This document shows, one piece after another, positions 14,246 through 27,010 of a DNA stretch of 64,000 nucleotides. Below the pieces are notes generated by a model. That model had not been told where the DNA came from. It made no database searches and worked only from the letters and a program-made list of their open reading frames with translations. The position numbers and the translations under genes were made by a program. The DNA comes from Vicugna vicugna (taxonomy: Eukaryota): NCBI GenBank assembly GCA_013265495.1, contig MU058065.1, positions 8,597,819 to 8,661,818 on the forward strand, read 5' to 3'. Numbering within the stretch: position 1 is the first letter of the stretch; each line of letters starts with the position of its first letter.

Positions 14246-15502
14246 GTGAGTCTGAAAGTGATTACGAAATGGTAAAAATAACCAGTTGTGATCATTCCTC
14301 TTCACTTTCTTCAGCCTAGTTTTTATGAAAAGGGTGTCAGTAATGACTAACTAAGGCTACTTACTGTGTACTAATTATTTTCCCAATCCTGTTCTCCCTG
14401 TATCCTCAAGCACAAACATCTGATGTTCCCGTTATCGGCAGCCCCTGTCTTGAGGACGTGTTTTGCCATGTGCTACTCCATCCGTCCTCAGTATCAAGTA
14501 GCACAGGCAGCAGAATCACATGGGCACTGCCATTGAATTTGGGGGCCTTTTGCATTGATTGAATTAGATGGGACTGATTGGCCAATCAGTAGCAGCTTTA
14601 TAAGATAAGGCAGATTGGGAGAAATACTGTTTGTAAGAGAGACAGCAAAATACAGTGTAGACTTTCATAAGGACTACAAGGTAGGGAAAATACCCGTGGT
14701 GTTAGAGTAGACATTGCGTATTGATTTTTCTTAATTCTGCCTGGGCTGTGATAGAATAAACATGGTCTTCACACTGTAAAATGAGCTGGCTTTAATGTTT
14801 AAAATAATGAACATATCAGCTTTGGAGACCTCAGTCCTTCTGCTTTGAAAGAGAACATGACACCTTGGCATCAGAACTTTTCAAAAGAAAGGTACCAAGT
14901 TGCTAGCCCCTGTTGCTTTAGTTGGGATGCAGTGGAATGGGGTGGACCTCTGCCCTCTTTACTTATTCAGTATTATTGTGACTTAATAGTCTCCTTTTTA
15001 ACAATGTAAGTTGCTCCAGGCAGGTTAAATCTGTGAGTCTTCTATACCTTTGGGAAGTAACTTAACTCGCCAACTACATTGCCCCAGGAAGGGAATCTGG
15101 GCTTGGAGAAATAGGGGAGGAAAGTGACCACTTTGCAGATTGGGGTGGGGCAGGAAGGAATTCTGGGGACAGGGAAGGAGATGAAGGGTAGGGAGTGGAA
15201 GGAGGGTTTCCAAACCAAGAAAAGGGGCAGCAAGCAGTCAGTGGGTATCTAAGATTTAACTTGAAGGGAAAAGCTAATGAAGAAAATTTGGTAAGAGGAA
15301 ACCTCAAAAGAATTTTAATTAAAGACTCCTGCCAACCACACCGAGCTGGGAAGCAGCATGTGAAGTGGAGGCTTGGGCTTCTGTTTTCTCGTGCTTGTTC
15401 AGAATTCACCCTTGGGTCCCTTAATCTCCTGCAGGGACCGCACTGCGGGGCTGTCATTTCTTTGTGACTACTTTACATGAAGGTTCAATTTCTTTACCTT
15501 AG

Positions 15503-15666
15503 GTTTTCAAAGGGAAGCAGATTCTTTGTTGTCGGTGACGAAACTCAGCACCATCAGTGATTCTAAAAACACAAGGAAGGCTCGGGAGATGTTGTTGAGA
15601 CTGGCCGAAGAGACCAATATTTTCCCAACCAGCTGGGAGCTCTCAGAGAGATACCTCTTTGTTGTG
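15503..15666 (+). CDS. MREG: Melanoregulin, penultimate coding exon
   Basis: Acceptor tttaccttag and donor gtaagt, 164 nt, in phase with the previous exon. Encodes (G)FQREADSLLSVTKLSTISDSKNTRKAREMLLRLAEETNIFPTSWELSERYLFVV. Confidence 0.96.
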
Positions 15667-16206
15667 GTAAGTGAATACCTTTGTCCGTCTGCCCTGATTT
15701 TGCCTTAAATTTTTGCTTTCCTGTTGGTCCATATACTCATCATTCTGACACCACTAGCTCTGCCACAGTGTGAGGTGTGGCAGGTGAGGCTGGCATCTTC
15801 TGCATTAGTTCCCAGTGGCCGGCACATTGTAATCCCTTGGAGGGCTTTAAAAATTCAGGTTTTTGGATTGCACTCAGACCAGCTGAGACTTGGGTTGTGG
15901 CTCAAGAGTCTATCTGTATTTTTCAGCCAATTTTGCTGTGTAGCCAGCCTTCTGAACCATTTTTTTGTTCAAAGAGATGTAGGAAAGATTGTGTCTATAA
16001 CCAAAGGTTGAAAAATGATTTGAAAAGACTCTTAGACAGCATAAGTGAGGGATTAAGGAGTGTCTCTAAATTTGTTAAGAAAAATGTAATAAATGTTTTA
16101 CTTACTCATCATTTCTAGGGTGGATACTGAGGTTTTAGATTGGTTTTCTCACTGACAGGGCTTGGTTTCTATCTTGAGAACATTTTTATCTTTAACTTTT
16201 TGGCAG

Positions 16207-16341
16207 GACCGTCTCATTGCACTCGATGCTGCGGAAGAGTTCTTTAAAATTGCCAGTCGAACTTACCCCAAGAAGCCTGGGGTCCCATGCCTGGCAGATG
16301 GCGAGAAAGAATTGCACTGCCTTCCGTTTCCAAGTCCCTAA
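16207..16341 (+). CDS. MREG: Melanoregulin, last coding exon
   Basis: Acceptor ttttggcag. Encodes DRLIALDAAEEFFKIASRTYPKKPGVPCLADGEKELHCLPFPSP followed by TAA. Confidence 0.96.
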   Translation, partial: DRLIALDAAEEFFKIASRTYPKKPGVPCLADGEKELHCLPFPSP

Positions 16342-18500
16342 AGGAGAGGCTGCGAGGCAACACTGGAATTCTTCCACTGGAACTCAACAGCCAACCAAAG
16401 TTGGACAAGTGCTAGAGGGCTAGCTAAGGGAAGAAGGATTCTGGCTCCTACAGAAATCTAAGGGTTTGAATGTCTGGTCATCATGAGGACTTGACTCTGT
16501 GAAATGTTCAGGTTACATTGAAACACCCTAGGGACCTTGCATCAGCAAGTTGGTCAGCGGGATATTTCATCATGGGTGATTAGCTTCCAAGAACTCGTTG
16601 CCCCTGTTTTGGTTTTGGTTGTACAATAAGCTCTAAACACTGGTCCTGCTGGGAGAATGGGAAATTCTAGTTAATAAAACAGTAAGATTAATAGAACTAC
16701 CATTGAACCCATATATGGATTACCAATGTTTAAGTAATTGTTACACAATACAGGCTAACACCAAAATAATACCAGGCATCACATGACCTTTCCTTGACTT
16801 GGAAGCACCTACAGAGCCTTGGAGGTGTTTGAGGCCTCATTCTGAGTATCTGTTATGATGACTCAGAAGTTTAGATGTACCCAGTAATAGAAACACCTAG
16901 GAGTGCTGCTCAGAAGTGAGTCCCAAATAGAATGATCCCAAGGAGTACTTCTGCAGCTACATGTAAAAAGCTCTGTCTTCAGTTGTGGCACAAGCATCTT
17001 AATGTCCCAACATTATTGAGATCTGGTTACCTCATTTTTGCATATTGCCCAGCCCTGATCCACAAGCCCTTGATATTTTATCTGGGATGGCACCTGTTTG
17101 ACCTCCACTTTCTTCTCTTCTGTTTAGTCTGTCCCCAACTTATCAGCCGAGAGTGGCACCTGTCCAGGGACCCCCAAGCAGACTTGCAGCTCTATAGGCA
17201 GTGTTGCATTGAAGGTCCTTGCTGGACTTTCTCCCTTTCTGAAGATGATTTTTCAAACTGGAGCAGTTCTGTCAACACAGCTTGTTTCTATGCACAGATT
17301 GAGCCGTCCAGCTTCCAAAGTGACTTGCCACGTAGGCAAGGAGCTTGCCATGAAATCATGGTTCATTTTATTGAAAAGACTTTCAGAGCCTGTAGGATTT
17401 CTCCATAGATTGCTGAGAACAATGGCAATATTTTTACTTTTACAGATTTTGCTCTTCTGACTTCAAGTTAAAAAGTAACTTGTATTTAGTCTGCACAGGG
17501 GATTGTGACTTGAAAATTTTCCTATCCTGACTGGCCCTTTTGGCAGTGAAGACAATGTTTAAGATGTTTGTTAGAGGAGATGCGTGTTCTCCATTTACGA
17601 ATGCATTGCAGACCAATTTAACTGACATGTTTCAGGTAAATTCTTCCTAGTTTAGTAAGTAAACTGAAAGTTTTATTTTTTAAAATAAAAAATATATTTT
17701 TATTTTGTTTTATGTAGTACTTAATCCCTCTCTCATGTTGTTGAAAATTAGCCTGAAGGTATTTTTCCTCACGTCTGTGGGCTCTTGCAAGATAAACATA
17801 CAAACAGTGAAACAAACAATAAATTAAACCAAAAAAAAAAAAACTTGGAAAATCATATTATTTTCATCTTTGTCCTTGGAATTTGTATTTTGTCTTTCTG
17901 CCTTCTTTTGATGTCAAAATAGATGGGATTGTTTGCATCTATGGAGAATAAATTGTAACCATAGTCTTTATTTTTGGTAATGAATAAGGAAGGATAAACT
18001 TGTCTCTCTGATTATAAAAACATGTGGAATTATCCAGGAAATCTTCCTTGCAAGGAATTAAAAGTTTTCTGTGTTTACTTTTCAGTTGAATGTGTGTTTT
18101 ATTTCTGAGAATTAAGAAGGAACAGATATTCTTTCCATAATCCCTTTAAATTAAAGGGTTAAGAAGCTGAAAGACTGAAAGGGCTTAAGGCCCTCCCATC
18201 ATTCTAAAGCCATTCGAGGGGCGGATCTGTGCCCAAGTCCATTGAGTGGTACGTGAGAGAGGCTTAAGGAAGCCTGAAGTGACCACTTCAGAAGTCACAA
18301 GTTACTCGGCAAGACCAGGATGCAAAGGTTCATGCATGTATGCGGGGCGATTTCAGGTGGTAGATGGAAATTTTTATGTTAATAAGTTACTCATTTTAAT
18401 ATGCAGCATGGGGAAAACCTGTAATTAGCAGATCAAACTCCTGATTTCCTATTCCACGGATATTATTGCAGTGAACAATAAAGTATAAATGTTTTCTTAA
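16342..18500 (+). other. MREG: Probable MREG 3' UTR with candidate poly(A) signals
   Basis: Repeat-poor, AT-rich sequence after the stop codon. AATAAA occurs at 16673, ~17683, ~17818, ~17947 and 18477. The true end is inferred only. Confidence 0.55.
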
Positions 18501-20420
18501 AGGGGGTTCCAGGAGACCCAGTGGACTCATGGACCAAAGTGATAAAGAATGCATTGGTGAGAGGTCCCCTGCATCACTGAAAGCTCGGTAGTATCCATGC
18601 AGGCCAGGGGCTATTCCAGAACTGGGCTCATGGAAGCAATGGGGATGGAAGAATAGGGGCCCAGTGGCAGTGCTTCACTGCCAGAAGAAAAGTGGGCACA
18701 ATTATAATGAGTGGCCAGGTCTGAGGGTTACCTGCAGAGAGATTTGGAGATGGTTGATGGAACCTGGCATCCCTAGGGGCAAACTAGATGGGTAGCCAAT
18801 AAGAGTATTGTTCAAACTAGACCATGAAAAGATCTCAAGGATGGACGATCAGGAGATATACAGGGCATAGCCATAGCCATCTTAATAAAAAGCCATGATC
18901 TCCTGCCAAGTTTCCGGACCTTGGCTGTTTCCTAGACCCAGAAACTACTGACTGAAGGGAAGGCTGGATTCCCCAAGGAGGACTTTGAAACATCACTGCA
19001 AGTGTATATGGCAATGCTTCCCCTATTCCTTCTGCAAAAGGACCTATAGTTGTTTACCGGGAGACCATACACTGGGAAAAGGAGTGTACACAAACACCCT
19101 GAGGACATGGGACACAAGGTCCAAGTTGACATTGATACTCAGGGACAAGAATATCATTGGAGTGTGCCATTTAGAGTCAGGGCAAATGGAGTTCAGATCA
19201 TAAATGGAGTCCTCCCCCAGGTCTAATTCACCGGAGGTCCACTGAGTCCATGGATCTACCCAGTGGTCATCTCTCCACTTCCAGAATAAATTATTGGACT
19301 CAATATACTTGGAACTTAGCAGAACCACCATTTGTTTTTTTGGCCTGTGGGTTAAAAAACATCTTAATGAGAAAGCTAAGTGGAAACCTCTCAAAATACT
19401 TCACTCCCCTGGCCAAGATAGTAGACCAAAGTCAATATTGTATTCCAGAAAAACAATAGTGATTAGTATCCTTAAAGACCCAAAGGATGCAGGAGGGTTG
19501 GTCTTGATTAAAATTCTATTTAATTCACTACTCTGGACCTGAAACTAGGTGGATCCTGGAGAACGAAAGTGAATTATTGAAAATTCAACTAAATAGTAGC
19601 CCTAATTGCAGCTGCTGAGCTAGATGTGGGATCTTTGTGAGAATAAATTAACACAGTCTCAGCCGCATGGTATGTGGCAAATGATCTGGCAAATGTGTTC
19701 TCTCCATACCCATCAAAAAGGTAGGTCAGAAAGTGTTAGTATTCACCTGAGATGGACAGCAGTGCATATTTATGGTATTGCTCCAGAGCTATCTAAACTC
19801 TCCTCCCTCTGTTTTAATATAGCCCAAAATGATCTGGACCATCTAGACATTCTACAGAATATCACATTGGTTACTGTGTCAGTGACATTAGCGATGAGTA
19901 TAAATTGGCAAACGCATTAGAGGCCCTGACAAATGACATGAGCTTCAGAGGTTGGGAGATAAATCCTACAGAGTCTCAGGGACCTGCCACTTCAGTGAGG
20001 TTTTCAGGGGTCTGGGTCTGGGGCACACTAAAACATCCCTTCCAAAGGAAAGGTCAAATTATTTCACCCTACATCTCCCACCTCTAAATGGGTGAGCCAG
20101 CAGAATGCTTGGTAGGCAGTCGTCTTCATGCTGTCACCCGGAAATACTGCTCCATCCCATTTAACTGGGTGACATGAAAACCTGCCAGCCACGAGTGAGA
20201 TCCAGGCAGGAAAGGGCTCCAAAGCAGGCCCAAGCTACGGCCAAGCAACTTGACACCTGTATCACAGGACCCTGCAGAATGTTTGGTATTAAAAGTCATG
20301 GTGATAAGAAGAAATGCCACGTGAAATGGGTGAAAAACTCAACAGGAGAATGACAACACAGACCCCAGGGTTCTGGAGCAAGGCCATGCCATTTGCAAGG
20401 GATAAATACACATTACTTGA
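18500..20420 (+). mobile_element. Decayed ERVL internal region (gag-pro-RT remnants)
   Basis: Degenerate ERVL motifs with many stops and frameshifts: KNALVRGPxASLK (~18545), HWEK...DTRSKLTLI protease-like (~19070-19140), and KDAG...GSWRTKVNY*KFN*IVALIAAAELDVGSL*E*IN...WYVANDLANVFSPYP of RT (~19470-19710). Confidence 0.85.
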
Positions 20421-20509
20421 AAAACTGTTCATCATGAGTTGGGTTTTTGTCAGATTCAGGAACGTGTAAGATCAAATTCTCGCATCAATATAATTTTTCC
20501 TGTTATTTT

Positions 20510-20835
20510 TCAATATAAACTATTAATTTTAGAACAGCTTTAGATTTGCAGAAAAGTTGCAGAGATAGTACAGAGTTACGGTTTCCCCCGTTATTAATAT
20601 CTTACCTTAAGGTACGTTTGTCACATCTAATGAACCAATATTGAGACCTTATTATTAACTAAAGTCCAGAGATTATTCAGATACCTTAGGTTGTAACCTA
20701 GGGTCTTTTTCTGTTGCAGGATCCCATGCAGGACATCTAGTCATCAAGTTCTCTTAGGTTCCTCTTGACTATGGTAACTTCTCAGACTTTCTTTGCTTTT
20801 GATGACCTTGACAGTTGTGAGGAGCACTGTTCGGG
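20510..20835 (-). mobile_element. Old L1M 3' fragment nested in the ERVL
   Basis: ttaattttagaacagctttagatttgcagaaaagttgcagagatagtacagag...gatgaccttgacagt, typical of antisense L1MB/MC 3' ends. Confidence 0.6.
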
Positions 20836-21026
20836 AATAGAGAAGAGAGAGAGGATAAGTACTAGTGTGGCCTTGAGGCCAGCTGCAGCAGTGGGGCTCT
20901 AAGTTGTCCAGTTAGCCTTCTTCGTGTAGTTTTCCTCAAGGAAAGAAATGCACCAGGCTGCAGGAGGAGACTTTCCCGGGACTTGCCATAAAAAGCAAGT
21001 GGATTGGACCATCACATGGGTGGACT

Positions 21027-21416
21027 GTTGCTGATGATGTGGGCCACTGCTCCGGTCTGCCCCTTTTGGGTCTGAAATATACATTCCCTCCACTGTTGGC
21101 AGTATTGGTGTCTGAGATCTTAGTCAAGACTGTGTAGGAATTGCCATCAACAGATGAGAGTTGTCAATGTCCACTGTCACCCCCCCCCGTTGGCATCCTG
21201 CATCTACTGACTAGTCAGTTGGTACAAGGGTAGGTGGTGCTATCCCAGCTCTAAAGCTCCCCACTAGATTGGCTGAGGCCTTTGTTATGACTACATCATA
21301 GAAAAAATATTCCCAATCCTGCCTTTCCTCTCTCCTCCGTAGGTATTTGCTAATGAACTTGTTGCTCGCCAATCTCCATTCCAGAATCTTTTCCCCCGGG
21401 GAACCCAATCGTGACA
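21027..21416 (+). mobile_element. ERVL 3' LTR (LTR16/33-like)
   Basis: Preceded by the PPT-like gggtggac. Starts TG, has a degenerate poly(A) signal (aatgaa) and ends ggggaacccaatcgtgaca. Confidence 0.6.
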
Positions 21417-22989
21417 GTACCTGAGTCAACAATACAGTACCCCCAAGACTGCATTTGTAGCTGACACGTTCACAGTGCCCCTACACTAGTTTTAGTGTAA
21501 CTAGGCCAGAGCATTTATCTATTGAAATACATATGATTTCATTATGAGCCATTAAGTAACAACTTTATCTTTGGTATTAGAGCATTATTTTTAAAATGTT
21601 ATCTTAAGTAGGTGTTATTTGTAAATTCATTTAACATAAATGGTTAAATCATTTTAAAAGACCATCATACAAGTGACTTTTCTTTAGCTAAGACATTAGA
21701 GTCAGTAACTTTGGGAAGAGGACCTCACTGACAGCCGTAGAAACTAGTTTATGTGACTACTCTCCAATGATCAGAGACGGATCATGGCACGAAACTTGGA
21801 TTCTTTCCCATTGGATTAATGAATTTATCCATTCCCTCAGATCATGTTCTAATACTAATATCAAAAGAAGTCTGTTTAAATTTGATTAAGTTGCATTGAA
21901 AGGAGTATACTCATAATTTCTAAATCACTACCACGTATAGAGTGAACACGGCCAGCTGCTTTGAATTTTCTTTTACAATAAGTGTTACTATTAGCTTCCA
22001 GAGTATTAGTCCACACTCTTGTTTTGACAAACTACAAATGGATATATGGCATTCTAAATTTTAACTCAACATATGGATTTAGAACACTGGGCTGCAGAGA
22101 ACTGAGTTAGGGAACTAAGTCTTAACCTGATTCTCATCCTTTGATCATTTAGTAACTAAATGGGATTTACCTGATTTTGCTATTCATCCATATTCTAAGT
22201 ATTTAGTGAGACTAAATTTAGAAAGAATAATTTTTTGCATACATGTGTATGTATGTGTATTTCTATATTACATATTATAAAGAACAAAACTAAAATCATG
22301 AGATTCATAATAGTTAAATAAAGCACCGGCCTATAGATCATTACTTTTTCAAAAGCCAACAGCTGTAGTTTTTAGGTAACAATTTACTTAAAAAATTCTT
22401 CAGCATTAGTAGCATGAAAGGTGTAAGCTAATTTTATCATATGTCCTAGAGAAGTGTAGTTAGCATTCGAAGTATCCTAATCAGGAATCCACTTTCCAAG
22501 ATGATTAAACAACAATCTTTATCAAAATTTACACCGGTAAGTTCATTAAGTTGCATAAAGGGGGGTAGGAATGAGTTTCCATTAGCGAAATGAGTGGTAG
22601 TCAAGATAAATGCTTGGCTAGAACAACTGGCCGCCATCAACTTTGCAAGAAGGTGTTAAGAATCTCTTATACCCAGCAGTGTTGAAGGATTAGAGCATCC
22701 TTTGTCCTTTGTCTACCTTCTTCTCAGACCTGAGGCCAAGTTGTCTGATTTGGTTATCAGAATATTGTTGTGTCTACATAAGAATAACACTTTCAATCAA
22801 GTTTCTTTCAAACTTTTATTTCAATAGTGGGTCCCGAGAAACGAAAGTGGAGGCTTCTCTGGGATTACAGGAAGCAAATGAGTAATTCCTGGTTAATAAG
22901 TGTTGTATGAAGAATTTGGGATAAGATTTGCTTCCATTGTAACATTAGGTTGCAAGAGGATGAGGGAGGCTATACATGGCTTTCCCTTT

Positions 22990-23255
22990 CCATTCTTGAG
23001 GCCAGCCTCAAGCAGTGGGATCTAATCGCTTGGAGAGGTATCCCATAGGCTGTTGGGTAGGACCCAGCCATTGGGTGAGGACCTCCAGGGCTATTCCTCC
23101 TCTCTCGTGAACATAGAACTGGAAGGGCCTTGTGGGACCTGTAAGCCCGAAGGCCGGGGATCTTACTAGGAGATTTTCTCATTCTTCCATTGCTTCCTGT
23201 TGGGAAGGATCCCACTGGAGACGTCTTCCCAATCATCTACCCCTAAAGCCCCTTC
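22990..23255 (-). mobile_element. Inverted gammaretroviral pol fragment (RT connection region)
   Basis: Minus-strand reading LQWDPSQQEAMEE*ENLLVRSPAFGLTGPTRPFQFYVHERGGIALEVLTQWLGPTQQPMGYLSKRLDPTA*GWP resembles the MLV-type PALGLPDLTKPF...[29 protein letters not shown]. Confidence 0.85.
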
Positions 23256-23269
23256 TGGGAAGCTGGTCC

Positions 23270-26189
23270 CCATGGATCTGGCGTTTATAGTATTGAACAA
23301 CAGAGACAGGGCTAAAGAGGCAAAAAGGATTCAGGGACAACAGCAAAAGGTGCAATCCTTAGCAGCAGCCTTTATCTCTGCACCACCTCAGAGCTACCCT
23401 CCACCAAGACCCATGGTGAGGACAGGATCCAGGATGCCTGCATCAGAGCCACTGTCTTGCCAAAAAGGGACCTGTTTTAAGTACAGCCAGGAGGGCCACT
23501 GGAAAAACAAATGCCCCAATTTTGGGAAAAGTCCACCAGGACCCTGCCCTATGTGCAAACAGAAAGGCCACTGGGAGCGGGACTGCCCCCAGTCCCGAAG
23601 TGGGCTTGGGGCTCCCAAACCAATGATGGCTGAGATGACTAAAGGCTGCTGGGGCCTGGGACCCTCCCTGGCTCCCACAGGACACCGGGTCATTTCTCCA
23701 GCAGAGCCTTGGCGACTCCTTGTGGCAGGTAGAAAAGTTGTCTTCTTATTAGACAAGGGAGCCACCTACGTGTGCTGACTGATTTCCTTGGACCCTTGTC
23801 CTCCCAATCCAGTGTACTAACGGGGGTCAACAGAAGGCCCCCAACAAGGTGCTTACTAAAAATTTACTTTTACACATGAGTTTTGGCTGGTGGCTGAGTG
23901 CCCCATCCCCTCACTGGGAAGGGACCTACTTGCTCAGTAAATCCCAATAATTAAAATAATCCAATTCAAAGACCCTTACGTGAAAGACATGCACCCCAAA
24001 AAATGTCTACTCTTGGCTTTGGGAGCCTGCCTCAATCCCAAGCCAGAAGAGGTCTCCCTTCCACTCCATATTGATTCTCAAGTCAACCCTGCTGTCTGGG
24101 AACCTGAGGTCCCTGGCAGAGCTACTATTGTCAGGTTATCATCAAAATGGGACCACGTGAGGCCACAGGCAGGCCTCTTCAGATCAGAGGCCAAACCAAG
24201 AGCTTTAATTAAAAAAAACTTCTCAAACCCAGGAAGGCTCCTCAAAAGTGTTCATAAATAGATGGCCAAACGGGAGGCCATTGGTTGGACTAAACTGACC
24301 ATAGCTGATATTTGGAGCCTAATAAAATTTTTTTAGAAAAGTCTCCCCTAAGCTAAATGAGAAAAAACAAAACTATCTTTGTTTTACAAATCTAGTCTTT
24401 ACAGGACCAGAGGTGTGTCTCCAGAAAGGATACAAAGCCCACCAATCCTTTGACCACTCCCAAAACCTCCCCTACGTATTTATCTTAATAGACAAGTATT
24501 AAAAAAAGACACTTTTTTCTGGCCTTTGAAAAACAAAATCTCTCTATGAGACTCTAGGGCTTCCTATGCCTTTGAGATACAAATATTCTACCTTGTCTTC
24601 TCTGGGAATTCTGATCTCACCATCTTTTTAAAATGCAAATTTAAAAAAAAAAAGGTGGGGAAAGAAGTAATTTGGAACTTAATTTGCTAAGGAGAAGTAA
24701 AAATTTTATCTCTTTTTCATAAATATTAGCAAAAAGCCTTAGCCATGTAAGTGGGCAACTTTGATTTGTTCTATCTGCCAAAAACCCCAGTTTAAATCCA
24801 ACTTCTTTGGTAGCCAATGGGCTTTACTTTGTTCTATCTGATTTATGACTAAAATTTTAAAATGAAAACTATAAGGTGTTGTATGCCACAGATGTATGGT
24901 ATTGGCACAATTAAATGGTAAAAGAGCTCTTTAATTGGCTGAAAGGAAATTAAGTACTTCTATAAATACTCAAAACATAGAGAAAACTGGCCAAAATAAA
25001 TTTCAGGTTCACGTTATCTAAAAAGGATTCAGTACTGGTACTGGTATTGAAGCTAGCTTAAGCTTGCTAGTTTAATTAATTCAAACATGTCTTTAGAGGC
25101 ATAAGTGTTAAGTATAATAGTTCGGCTGTGCCCAGGCTTAGTAGAGGGCAAGCAAAACTTTATTATATCTGTTACAAAGCTGTCAACAAAAAAAGTAACT
25201 CAGTGTAAAAAAAACTTTCAAAAAGTAAACAAAACATGGGATTTGGGGTAAACTCTATAGGAGTTTTCTTTTGAAAGTATCCACCTAAAATTCTCTCTCC
25301 AAATTTTGGTACTTAAAAGTTAAAAAGTTCACTGACTATCTGTGTCATTTATAAAATATTAAAACATTAATTGCTGGGCAGGCAGATCTAAGTTTATCTA
25401 CCTTTGCCTTAGAAAAAAAACAAAACAAAACATAAGTTTCTAGTCAGGAAATGGTGATATGACAACCAATTCACAGTTGCTTGCTTCTTGGTTTTTGCCA
25501 GAGATTTAAGGTTTTGGAGGGTTAAAATGATAATACATGTAATTACAGCTCCTAAAATAAGTATTTCAGTAAACAGTGGGAAAGTAAGATGTATGCTTTT
25601 AGTAAGTATTTCGTAAACAAACAAACAAACAAACAAAAGCTAAAAAAAAAGGGTTTCATACATAATCAGAATTTTAAATATCTAACAAATTCTGAAAGTT
25701 CTTTGTGGCCCCAGCTAACTTTAAGATGCTTTAAAAAAAAACCTGAGACATCTCACATATTAAATTAACTAGGATTATTTAATATGTAAAGTTAAATATA
25801 ATCAGTCATAATTCTCATAATTACAAACAAATCTATCAGTTACAGATGTTTAGCCATGCCTTATAAGTCTTTTTGTTGTTACAGACTGTCGAGTTGTTAC
25901 AAAGGTGCTTCATCTTTAAAAACATTCATCAGAAGTCAATGGAAACAGTGGATTTCAACAGTCCCAGTCAAATGATGGCTATTGGAAGATTCCAGCTCAT
26001 ACCCTCAGCCCTCTGGACACAAAAACAAAAGGCTTCCCTGCTCTGGGGGCCCCTAGATTAGGCATTCAGAGATTTCTTACTCCCTGCTAGGCCCCTGTTC
26101 AAGCCTGGCCTGTTAGCAACTTCAGAAGAAGGACCATCGCCCCTCTACAATTCCATAACATTATGGGAGTAAAATCTCTGAGGGGGCGA
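23270..26189 (+). mobile_element. Gamma-like (ERV1) internal region: gag C-terminus/NC, protease remnant, deleted pol, AT-rich internal sequence
   Basis: MDLAFIVLNNRDRA (end of capsid), a degenerate knuckle CFKYSQEGHWKNKC, an intact knuckle CPMCKQKGHWERDC, the protease motif FLLDKGATY, and QVNPAVWEPEVPGRA at the RT start. A purine tract lies at ~26180. Confidence 0.85.
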
Positions 26190-26649
26190 TGAGACAGGAA
26201 GGGGGCAGGGCACAGCCATTCAGGGGATTACACGGCAATTAACGCTAGAATGGCTAAAGATTCAACCCCCAGGAGGACTTGAGGCTCAAAATGGTGGGAG
26301 ATTTGACTTCTAGGAGACCGTGAGCTTCATTATACGCCCACTGTAACACATTAGCATGGTGAATAACATGCCCACAGGCACCCATGGCAGTCCCAAGGCT
26401 AGCCACAAAAGGTCAAAGAGCGGGAAAAGGCTAATTTCCTGGGAATCCCAGCCCCTTCTTCAGCCTAGACTGGTCCTTCGACTTATTAAGATATAAAGCT
26501 ACCGAGCCCATAAAAATTGGCCTTTGGAGACGGCCTGCACTCTATGGAATGTGTGCCCACTTTTATTCTAAACTGAGCTTCCAAACCCCACATCTTGTGG
26601 CCTTTCTCTTGCCTCCTGATGTATCTCTAAATAAATCTACCTTGACTCA
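26190..26649 (+). mobile_element. ERV1 3' LTR (U3-R only) followed by an A-rich tail
   Basis: Starts TGAGACAGG after the PPT gagggggcga. TATAAA at ~26491, AATAAA at ~26630, then ...ctca and A-rich sequence at 26650-26680. Confidence 0.75.
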
Positions 26650-26734
26650 AACAAAAAAACCCCCCAAAAACAAAAAAAGATGATTTGTCCCTCATATGAG
26701 CAGAAGACTAAGTTAGACAAGCCTGGGGGTGGAT

Positions 26735-27010
26735 ATACACCTACATAATATACATATTTTATATGTATATATTTCATTTTATAGGTATATATATGTATAT
26801 ACTCATATATATAATACACATATATATACACACATCCATACAGATATGTGTATATATATGTAATATATACCCATAGACATATGTATTGATACACACATAT
26901 ATAATATACATGTTATACATGTACATATATTATATATGCATAAATATACAGATATATAATAAACATTACATATATACATATCCATACAGAGACTTGTGTA
27001 TTTACATGCA
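26735..27010. repeat. Degenerate (TA)n/(CA)n low-complexity repeat
   Basis: Long run of tatata/tacata/cacata units. Confidence 0.9.

Noticed and set aside
22498..22506. aagatgatt as the left TSD matching the sequence after the ERV A-tail (~26677)
   Set aside because: Only 9 AT-rich bases, several hundred bp from recognisable ERV sequence, and likely chance.
23200..23778. 192-aa ORF with zinc knuckles as a domesticated gag gene
   Set aside because: It starts at a non-ATG codon within the antisense pol fragment. The first knuckle is broken (C->Y), the protease motif is DKG rather than DTG and is followed by a stop. It is an ordinary ERV remnant.
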